This document shows, piece after piece, positions 14,741 through 25,439 of a stretch of DNA of 64,000 nucleotides. Both the position numbers and the translations under genes were made by a program. Position 1 is the stretch's first letter. Every line of letters starts with the position of its first letter. The notes beneath the pieces are model-generated. The model saw only the letters and a program-made list of their open reading frames with translations. It had not been told where the DNA came from and searched no databases. The DNA comes from Octopus sinensis (taxonomy: Eukaryota), in NCBI RefSeq assembly GCF_006345805.1, contig NC_043005.1, positions 61,008,001-61,072,000 on the forward strand, written 5' to 3'.

Positions 14741-14900
14741 AAGACAGCCAGGTCGCAGAATAGTCAGCCCGCAAGACAAAATGGTTAGTTGTATTACTTA
14801 CTCTCTTTACGTTCTGAGTTCAAACACCGCGGGGATAAAGTTTACCTTTCATCTTTTCGGGGTTGATGAAATAGGTATCAGTCAAATATTGAGGTTGATA
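14741..14900 (+). mobile_element. SINE family B, decayed
   Basis: tttacgttctgagttcaaacaccgc...tttacctttcatcttttcggggttgat core. Confidence 0.75.
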
Positions 14901-15249
14901 GTTGCGACCAATCTCCTCTTTTGAAACGGCTGGACTTGACTCCAAATAATTATAAATATTGCAATAAGTATATTAGAAGATTTGGGAGAGTGGCGGTCAA
15001 AATACATTGTAATATTACTTTATGTCTTTACATTTCGCGCTCAGATATCACCTGTTCAACTTTTTCAATTTCCGATTCAAATAGATTGCATTGGCTCCGT
15101 TCCTTCAAGCAAACTGAACTAAACTTATGTTACTCAGAACAATAGTTTCCCTTCGTTTATTCACCTTAGATACGACTCTATTTGCTCTCTCTCTCACTCT
15201 CTCACTCTCTCTCTCTCTCTCCCTCTCTATACTTCTGCAATCTATTAAA

Positions 15250-15400
15250 TGCACGAGGCCTGGCGTTTAGAAAGTTTATTTCATGATCCCTAGATCATGG
15301 GTTCAATTTCTCGAACCGACAGCGCTTTGTAGCCTTGATTAAAGCACTTTATCTCATATTGTTCCAATCAATTCGGGTGTAATGGGTACCAGCGTAGTAT
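15250..15400 (+). mobile_element. tRNA-headed SINE family D, decayed
   Basis: ggcctggcgtttag...catgggttcaatttctcgaaccg...ccttgattaaagcactttatctcatattg...aatgggtacc. Confidence 0.6.
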
Positions 15401-16632
15401 TGATGCAGCCCTCCTTCACTCCAGTTGTCACAACCTGGATGTTCTGCTTGGTTAAGAGATACGGTGAGAGTGTGTCAACCTCTGTCACGAGTTCATAGTT
15501 ACCTAAAACAATTTGAAAATGCCTAGGACATACTATCAAAACCTACTCACTCTAATTGAGGCTGATTGTTCTTTGATTTCTGTTATACTCTTTCAAAATA
15601 TTAGCTGGTACTGATAGGGCAAGTTTTGCAATACCCACTTCCTGTTTGACTAATACCATATGTTTTAGAAAGTTAGATGTTATTTAATTAATACCTATTT
15701 CTATACCTGGAGAGTGTTATAACTATAGCATTATATATACTTATTGGTATTGATAGAAAATGTAAGTGACGTTAAAACAGGAGTTCTAACCTTAACAGAC
15801 GCAACAAATTACGTAAATTCTAAAACTTATATATATATATATATATATATAAACATATTTCCTCTGCGATAGGCGCAAATTCTGTACATCCTACACACAC
15901 TACATATGAAAAATTGCTTCAATGTAAGGTACAGAAAATGAAATTGAGAAACCAAATATAATGTTAGGAATCCCCAGTAATCCGATACGGGTTTAAATAT
16001 TCGTACAAAAGTTCCTCACATTTCTATGCAGCTGATATGATTTCTGGATAATGCGTCTATTATTTATTTGAAGATCATAGATATGGGTTTGAACATGATA
16101 TACTCTAACACAAGTAAAAAGATGAAGTTGAAAGTTGACCGAGTTGTTGAACATTATTCAAGCACTCTGTCTCTCATCTACGGGTTGGAATATATTTATA
16201 CAAAGTAATCATAGATGCTATTTTATTAATGTGTCCTTTCGGCAAAATTTTGTAAGTGTTTATAAGAAAGGCTATTAATTTTCTACATGAAAATCTATTT
16301 AGTTATGATGTATATGAAATTTTCAGTCAAAATTAGTAAATGTCTTAATGAAATGCTCAAGGCAAATTTAACTATATATCGATATTATTGTTCTGAAAAC
16401 AAAGCAATGAATGGAATTTTCGCTGGTAGCTCGGCGTGGAGGAAATAGCAGCCAAATCTCTGTATTATCACAACCGTCATCAATAAGGATATGAAATGGC
16501 CATGGTTGGCTTACATTTGAAATTAGATCGGTACGATTATGGCTGAAATATTCGTTAAATAGCAACAACAGTAACTGTAATATTAATATATACCTAGGTC
16601 TATACACCACACACATTATATATATGTTATAT

Positions 16633-16666
<34 letters not shown>

Positions 16667-16763
16667 ATAATTATATGTTGTGACCCCATTTTCAGAAATT
16701 GACGAATGTTGCCATTATAATATCTCTATCTATCTAAATATGTATGTATGTATGTATATATAT

Positions 16764-16810
<47 letters not shown>

Positions 16811-16813
<3 letters not shown>

Positions 16814-17224
16814 CGGAAGCGTGGGTGTGTGGTGAGAAGCTTGCTTCCCAGCCACATCGTTCCTGTTTCTCGGCTACCAAAGCCTTGTGAGTGGATTTCG
16901 TAGTCGGAAACTGAAAGAACCCCGTCGTATATATATATATATATATATATATGCATAATATATATATATGTATAATATATATATATATATATAAAAGTAT
17001 GTATGTATATATGTGTCCCTTTGTAATTGTGTTTGTCTCCCCACCATAGCTTGAGAACCGATTTTCTTGAGTCTACTGCCCCATAATTCAGCGGTTCAGC
17101 AAAATAGATCGATAAGATAAGTAATAGGCTTACAAAGAATAGGTCCTGGGATCGATTTCTTTTATTAACACCTGCAAGGCAGTACTCCAACATGGCTGCT
17201 GTCAAATCACTGGAACAAATAAAA
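16811..17224 (+). mobile_element. SINE family A with internal deletion and (TA)n expansion
   Basis: Head aggcggaagcgtgggtgtgtggtgagaagcttgcttccc; body gcggttcagcaaaatagatcgataagataagta; tail ccaacatggctgctgtcaaatcactggaacaa. Confidence 0.88.
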
Positions 17225-17383
17225 TATTATATATATACATACTTATACATATATGTGTGTGTGCGTGTATATATATATATATAATTATAAATGAGGGTGA
17301 AAAATCGATATTATTTAAATATACCGTCAATTAACACCAAGTGGCTTAGCACAAAAAACTACGGGGAAATACAAATTTATACA

Positions 17384-17498
17384 TAAATTATTAGAGAGTT
17401 ATCCACTAGTGGATAACTCTAGTGCTAAAAATAGCTTGCTTCGGAGCTATTTTTAGCACTAGAGTTATCCACATAGTGGATAACTCTCTAATAATTTA
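17384..17498. repeat. Near-perfect hairpin containing nested palindromes
   Basis: Arms 17384-17436 and 17445-17498 are reverse complements with one indel; 8-nt loop tgcttcgg; each arm contains agagttatccac(ta/ata)gtggataactct. Confidence 0.95.
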
Positions 17499-18244
17499 AT
17501 ATATATATATATATATCGTTTACCTCCTAAGACTTTGTAAACATAGAGGGAACAATTATTTCGGGGAACGTTTTAACCTGCAGCGGATAAGCTATAAATA
17601 ATATCCTGGTGTAAATATTTAGTTGAAAAATAACTCTCCACAATAATATCAAATTGTTGCCTTGAATTTTTTCTATCCAAAATGATTTTGAGCCCAATAT
17701 TTATACACTAAATTATTTATAGCTTATCTGTTTCAAGTTCCAATGGTCCCCATCTTAAATAAATGAAATTGCGTTTGTGTGTGTGCGTGTAGTGTGTGTG
17801 GATGTGTGTATATATGTGTGTGTGCCCGTTTTCTTTTCTTCGTGCATAGAAGAAATAGTATGTTCTTTTCAAATTTGATACGCAATATATGATTTAGTGT
17901 TTGTGAGCACGTATCAATAGTGTGTGTCCGTGTGTGTGTGTGTGTGTGTGTGTCTGCACGTATTATTTTCTTCGTGAATAGGACGAAGTAGGTTCTTTTC
18001 AAATTTAGTATATGATACGAATCTAGTGGTCCTGTTTTATTAATTCAAGATATTACACAATAATCATTTTAGTCAAGGAGTTCTCTGTAACTGTCTTTAG
18101 AGGAAGAACCCTGATGTGGAAGCGATTGTTGCGTTATTTGTTGAATAATGTGTGGGGGGATGCATGTGTGTATATATGAAAGTATTAGTGAATGTGTGGG
18201 TCGGTTGCATATTTACATTTATATATAGTTATTACATATGCTTC

Positions 18245-18425
18245 AGTCATTAGAATGCGGTTCCGTTGCAGCACCGCCATGAATATTATCGAATGAATCG
18301 ACCCTGGTACTTATTCTTTTTAAAGCCTGGACACTTATTATATCGGACACTTTTGCCGAACCGCTAGAATAAGGAGACGCGAACACAACAACACCGGTTG
18401 TGAAGCGGGGGTGAAGGATCAAATA
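18245..18425 (-). mobile_element. SINE family A body/tail fragment
   Basis: cttcagtcattagaatgcgg...ttttgccgaaccgctag...acaccggttgtgaagcg is the reverse complement of the family A 3' half. Confidence 0.8.
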
Positions 18426-18510
18426 TAGATACAAGACACATGCACATACATTGATAGAACCCCCAGCTTGTATACATTTACATATATACATGTATATATT
18501 TATGTGTATG

Positions 18511-18545
<35 letters not shown>

Positions 18546-18697
18546 TGTGTGTGCGTATGTATATATACGTATATGTATGTATGTATATATATACTGTTGT
18601 AGGTAACTAGCTAGATAAATACACCCATACATACAGTTTTATAGATATCAGTATATTTAAATATATATATATATATATATATTTATTATATAGAAGG

Positions 18698-18748
18698 AGC
18701 TTCTACAGGACTAGTACTGTTTCATTCAAGAGAAATCTTCAGGAAGCT
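18698..18748 (-). ncRNA. Type I hammerhead ribozyme motif (left-arm copy)
   Basis: Exact reverse complement of 20605-20655. Confidence 0.75.
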
Positions 18749-19095
18749 ATTTAACAAGAATTGTATTAGCATTTATACATTTAGGCAGTTTAAAGGAGTG
18801 GTGGTGGGGACTTTTTGGGGGTAGGCATAGCGCAAAATATCATACTTGGGGGGAGTGGTCAAGGAGTCAGTGGTAAGTTAGATGAAAGAATAGATAAATA
18901 AAAAAAAATAAATAAATAAAAAAAAAAAAAAAAAAAATAAAAAAATAAAAATAAATAAAAAAAAATAATAAAAAAATAAAAAAAAAAAAAAATAAAAAAA
19001 TAAAATGTGTGCACATACATACATAAACACATATACATACACACACACATACGTACACATGTGTGCCTATACATACCTACACATACCCACATACA

Positions 19096-19154
<59 letters not shown>

Positions 19155-19481
19155 ATACACAATCAATACAGGCCCATTCCTAATTTTAATTTTATTATCT
19201 TCATTTATTACTTTGTTATCTTTGATCGCTAGGGCTAAGGATCCTGGCGATGGCAGCATGTCCAATTGTCTGTCTACTAGAAGGCAAGTACTCGTTCCCG
19301 CACGCACACTCATTAGCACGTACATACACCCATTCGTACACTCATACACATACACGTCGCGCACGCGTTATATTCATACATACAAACATCTACATACGTT
19401 CACGTATATACACATACGTACTCGTACCTACAGATTCATGTCTACACTTTAGGAGGCTAGTCTATATATACACCAATAAAT

Positions 19482-19520
<39 letters not shown>

Positions 19521-19774
19521 ATATATACACATATACACATACACACACACACACACATATATATACTCCTACATACAGATACATACCCATATATATATAC
19601 ATATACACACACACATATATTATATATATATATACATATATACATACATATGTATGTATATATGTATATGTATGTATATATGTATATATATATATTATAT
19701 ATGTATGTGTGTATATGTATATATATATGGGTATGTATCTGTATGTAGGAGTATATAATGTGTGTGTGTGTGTA

Positions 19775-19829
<55 letters not shown>

Positions 19830-20169
19830 TTATTGGTGTATATATATAGACTAGCCTCCTAAAGTGTAGACATGAATCTGTAGGTACGAGTACGTATGTG
19901 TATATACGTGAACGTATGTAGATGTTTGTATGTATGATATAAACGCGTGCGTACGTGTATGTGTATGAGTGTACGAATGGGTGTATGTACGTGCTAATGA
20001 GTGTGCGTGCGGGAACGAGTACTTGCCTTCTAGTAGACAGACAATTGGACATGCTGCCATCGCCAGGATCCTTAGCCCTAGCGATCAAAGATAACAAAGT
20101 AATAAATGAAGATAATAAAATTAAAATTAGGGAATGGGCCTGTATTTGATTGTGTATATATATATTATA

Positions 20170-20215
<46 letters not shown>

Positions 20216-20380
20216 GGTATTGTGTATGTGTAGGTATGTATAGGCACACATGTGTACGTATGTGTGTGTGTATGTATATGTGTTTATGTATGTATGTGCA
20301 CACATTTTATTTTTTTTTTTTTTTTTATTTTTTTATTTTTTTATTATTTTTTTTTATTTATTTTTTTTTTTTATTTTTTT

Positions 20381-20425
<45 letters not shown>

Positions 20426-20604
20426 TTTTTTTATTTATTTATTTTTTTTTTTTTTATCTATTCTTTCATCTAACTTACCACTGACTCCTTGACCACTCCC
20501 CCAAGTATGATATTTTGCGCTATGCCTACCCCCAAAAAAGTCCCCCACCACCACTCCTTTAAACCTGCCTAAATGTATAAATGCTAATACAATTCTTGTT
20601 AAAT

Positions 20605-20655
20605 AGCTTCCTGAAGATTTCTCTTGAATGAAACAGTACTAGTCCTGTAGAAGCT
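20605..20655 (+). ncRNA. Type I hammerhead ribozyme motif with all three helices
   Basis: AGCTTC-CTGAAGA-T TTC tctt GAA T-GAAA-CAG tactagtc CTG-TA-GAAGCT. Helix I AGCUUC/GAAGCU, core CUGAAGA and GAAA, helix III ACAG/CUGU, GUA triplet, predicted cut after 20649. Caveat: U.U rather than G-C closes helix II. Confidence 0.75.
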
Positions 20656-20794
20656 CCTTCTATATAATAAATTAATTTTACTCTGCTATGTATTGAGTAC
20701 CTTACTTACTGTGGTTAACCCCGGATCAACCCGGACCTACATATATATATATATATATATATCTATATATATATATTATAGATATATGTATTAG

Positions 20795-20872
<78 letters not shown>

Positions 20873-21297
20873 ATGTATTTACGCATACATATATGTCTAC
20901 GGTTAAACATACATATATACAAATGGTGGGAGATAGAGAAGACTGGGAAGCCATTTTAACAGCTTGAACGTATCGCATTCCTCTCTTGGCTGTGTTGTTA
21001 TGTTAAAGTGGTTTATTAGTTTTTCAGTGTAACAGGAAAAGTCTAATGCATTTTATTTTTTTGTATTTCAGCTGCACAAGTATTCAACGCCAGAGTAAAC
21101 AGGAAAGGATGTTACCTTGATATCGGAACGTTTGTGTGAAATGGATGAAGCCCAACAAGAGCAAACAGATTTAGAATATCTATTACGCTAGAGGTAATGT
21201 CACTTTCTTATATAATCCAGCGTGATGAGCACGACAGGAATTGTATATGCGGGCGCGATTAGCTCATACACACACACATGCTATTAGTTATACAATA

Positions 21298-21314
21298 ATG
21301 TATATATATATATA

Positions 21315-21353
<39 letters not shown>

Positions 21354-21412
21354 TATTATATATTTTATATATATATATCATATATATATTTTATATATAT
21401 ATATATCATATA

Positions 21413-21446
<34 letters not shown>

Positions 21447-21474
21447 GCCTATATATCTATATTCATATATATGA

Positions 21475-21507
<33 letters not shown>

Positions 21508-21551
21508 TATGTATATAACCACACTCACACACATGAATACATATATATATG

Positions 21552-21590
<39 letters not shown>
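21298..21590. repeat. Long imperfect (TA)n microsatellite
   Basis: Direct. Confidence 0.95.
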
Positions 21591-21894
21591 AATGCGTGTT
21601 AAAGTTTACTACAACTGTTTCAGACGTATCTTTTATTGATGAACAAATGCATTATAACATGCAAAAAAAAAAAAACCTTTCTTCGGGTGAATAAAGAGAA
21701 AGTTTAACACTTACAATTTCTCACAAAATATAACATGATGTTAAATGGCACTACCAACCAGTTTACGTCAGAGAGGTTATGCTATACCCGGCTCTACACT
21801 GGTGCTCGTACTATTTACATACTTCATTCAATCGGATCTTAGAAATCTTAGCCCCCCCCCCATATATATATATATATATGTATATTTATATATA

Positions 21895-22050
21895 TATCTG
21901 TAATATAATATGTGACAATTATTCGGTTGCCGTAATAAGATTCAGAGTTTCGGGTGTCCTGACATGATGCCGGAACTGATTTCCGCCCCAACATCCGAAA
22001 TTCGGAGTTTTATTATGGCAACCGAATAATTATCAGATACATTACAGATA
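21895..22050. repeat. Imperfect fold-back (MITE-like or inverted retroelement tail)
   Basis: tatctgtaat...aattattcggttgccgtaataa...tttcgggtgt versus acatccgaaa...ttattatggcaaccgaataatt...attacagata; arms roughly 80% complementary by eye, ~30 nt spacer. Confidence 0.85.
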
Positions 22051-22111
22051 AATTCCTGTATTTACATAATATCGAGGTCTCATTCATTCTTTTATTGCCA
22101 TACCATTACTA

Positions 22112-22148
<37 letters not shown>

Positions 22149-22180
22149 GTGTATGTATGTGTGTACATATATATATATAT

Positions 22181-22548
22181 ACAGAGTTCAATATTTAAAA
22201 GATGAGGAATTACGTACATTATTTACAATTGACGGATATTTGTCCTCATCTTGTTTGTTGTTAACACAGCCTTTCGGCTGATATACCCTCCAGCCTTCAT
22301 CAGATGTCTTGGAGAGATTTTAAAACTGGGTTCTCATTCCTAAAATATTTTTTGTTGTTGTTATTATTATTATTATTATTATCTATTATTATTATTCAAG
22401 TCACTGCCTGGAACCGGACTAGGAATTTTGGGGTTAGTAGCCCGCGCTTTTAACCTCTACGTCATATGCCCGTGTGCATATGGCGTAGTGGTTAACAACA
22501 AACAATATGAGGACAAATATCTGCCAATTGTAAATAATGTAAATAGTG
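22181..22548 (-). mobile_element. Composite element: tRNA-like head + (AAT)n + HHR + tail, with a short inverted 5' duplicate
   Basis: Minus strand: head 22470-22400 (ggcatatgacgtagaggttaaaagcgcgggctactaacc...gtccggttcc), (AAT)n, HHR 22308-22263, tail to 22181. Plus strand 22476-22541 repeats the head start and the tail in inverted orientation. Confidence 0.8.
22263..22308 (-). ncRNA. Minimal type I hammerhead motif (Penelope-like), partly mutated
   Basis: GACAT-CTGATGA-A-GGCTG gagggtatat CAGCC-GAAA-GGCT-GTGTT. Core and 5-bp helix II are intact; the helix III/cleavage region deviates from GAAACGUH. Confidence 0.65.
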
Positions 22549-22587
22549 TATAGGCATATATATATACATATATGTATATATGCAGAT

Positions 22588-22626
<39 letters not shown>

Positions 22627-24307
22627 AATATATGAATAATCGTCATGCACTCATTTCCAGTATCATAAAAGATAGCGGCGGCTGTTAACGTCAACCTTTT
22701 CGATATCCATGAATCTCTTTGTGAAATGTCTGTCTAGGAAAACTACTTTCGTGAAGTCAGATCTCCTTTCGGTTTGCACTTCTTTCTAATTCCTTGTTTA
22801 ACTATTGCCTTTGAGAAATTTTATGAAAGGATGTGAGGTCTTCTTTTAATGCATAAACCTTTAATCCCTTTATCCGTGTTTCTCACATAAATCTTTTGGC
22901 AAACATATCTATTTGGCTTTAGATTTCACGTGGATCTTTGATCTTCGCCCAGAATCCACATTTGCACAGTATAATGAAAGCGTTCTCTGTGACCCACAAC
23001 ATATCAACTCTGATATCTCCCTAGTTTTCGTTTTGATACACTCATGCATCTTTCTATATAGCAACTTACTTGTCGTCACCTTTAATACTTTTCACTGTAA
23101 TTCAGACAGTTGATAGCACACTTTATTTCTCCCTCTCCTTTCATACCGAAGCATCATCCATAGTCACTTTGTAGATCTTACGAATTTCTTCATTCGCTCC
23201 AAGGAAAATGTCCCCATTAATATCTTCTGATGGTGTCTTGCAAGTTACGTTTACTTCAACGGTGCAAAGACACAATCACTTTACATATGAATAAAATTAT
23301 TTTGCACCACATTACCTGTAAATATGAAAGATAGATATGGAACTATAGCCATCAAAGTTACCAATGCTAAGACTGAAACTCTCTGACAACCGCTCCTTAC
23401 TATTCACAAAAATAGCCCCTCGTATTAATCTTAGAAAATAATTCATCTGCCAACAACAGCTATTTCATAACAGACTGGTGAAACCTATAATGAACTGCCT
23501 TCACATATGTGGAATGCTAGTGCTGATACACTCTGATTTTGTACAAGATCCAGAGAAGGGTCCTTTAGGGCTGATTTGTATGGGATCGCTAGCCAACATA
23601 TGCCAAGCTCTGGCCTTTCATATGATTCTTAGATTTCATGTTTCTCAGTCACAAAAATGATCTATTCATTCAATGCAGGCTAGCGTTTAGGTACATCCAC
23701 TCAAGTTGACGAAAAACTAGTCTCTGCTCTTCAGATCACATATATTGTGGCTATCTTCCAAGGCAGTACCCCCAAAATTACAGTCTCCGCCCAACTTTAG
23801 TACTCTGAAATGTTTTGTTACAAATGCTCCCTTTAAAGTCATTCGTTGAAAACGCCCAAAGAAATATCTACTCTGTGAAACTCAGAGTTTATGACTGCAG
23901 ATCGGTCGTTGTGGCCCAGTTGATAAGGAAACACACTTATATGATTAAAAGCCTGGGTATTGGAAACACGAAACAAGTGGTTCTAAATTATTTTCGTTTT
24001 ATATGTCTTTGTGGAAGGCCATGCGAGTATGCGTCTCACCAGATTTCGTCAAAGCATATCTATATATGCTTAGTATATAAATGTGTGTGTGTGTGTGATA
24101 TACATATATGAGCATGTCTAGACATGCAACTTTATGCATGAGAATACATACATAAAACAAAACGTACAAGTCTGCATAGATACATCTTGTTGATGTTGAA
24201 ATTCCAATGAAGGAGCTTTGGTTCTAGTTTGGAAACTGGCTCTTACTCTATTTGCAAGAAATATTGAAATAAAACTGAAAATGACGTAAATACGTATATT
24301 CATATAT

Positions 24308-24620
24308 CACCGTGAAAACCGTGACCAACCAGACTATCAGATGTTGTTACACATCGCTGGTCACAATGCGCCTCGCATTGTTTTAGCCTACAAATGACGC
24401 CACCCCGCTGGCTAAGCTAGAAGGCCAACAGTAGAGAGAGTGAGAGAAAGTTGTGGCGAAAGAGTACAGCAGGGATCGCCACCATCACCCTGCCGGAGCC
24501 TCGTGGAGCTTTAGGTGTTTTCGCTCAATAAACATTCACAACGCCCGGTCTGGGAATCGAAACCGCGATCCTACGACCATGAGTCCGCTGCCCTAACCAC
24601 TAGGCCATTGCGCCTCCACA
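24308..24620 (-). mobile_element. tRNA-derived SINE family C, full-length and young
   Basis: Reverse-complement head tggaggcgcaatggcctagtggttagggcagcggactc...cggtttcgattcccagaccgg has clear A and B boxes, followed by a non-tRNA body; second copy at 48769-48950. Confidence 0.92.
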
Positions 24621-24621
24621 C

Positions 24622-25283
<662 letters not shown>

Positions 25284-25439
25284 ACATACATGCGTGCATG
25301 TATGCATAGTACATACATACATGCGTGCATGCATAGTACATACATACATGCGTGCATGCATACATACACACACACATATGATATCATGTGCTCCGAAGTG
25401 TCTCTATGTACACTTGTAAGCTTTGTATATTTCTGTATC

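Larger units (their letters stand above)
18681..20672. repeat. ~2 kb spacerless palindrome (inverted duplication of a ~1 kb non-coding HHR-bearing unit); Penelope-like inverted pLTR or retrozyme-like element
   Basis: The left arm starts atttattatatagaaggagcttctacagg and the right arm ends cctgtagaagctccttctatataataaat. Unique blocks 18681-18895/20455-20672 and 19160-19480/19830-20150 are mirrored. The symmetry centre is cat|atg at 19649/19650. Confidence 0.95.

Noticed and set aside
15354-15502. Minus-strand candidate terminal exon GNYELVTEV...KEGCINTTL..., loosely like an ML/GM2-activator C-terminus
   Set aside because: Its 3' part is the antisense of a decayed SINE D, the resemblance rests on GNY and GCI only, and no upstream partner exon was found.
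17398-17485. TTATCCAC(A) motifs resembling bacterial DnaA boxes in inverted pairs
   Set aside because: The context is eukaryotic repeat DNA, and the pairing is a by-product of the nested palindrome.
22700-23800. Unique, moderately complex block suspected to be a LINE remnant
   Set aside because: No diagnostic RT or endonuclease motif could be read by eye.
24545-24620. tRNA-like heads at 24545-24620, 48769-48845 and 22400-22470 as tRNA genes
   Set aside because: They continue into SINE bodies and lack a complete cloverleaf and a Pol III T-run terminator at the expected position.
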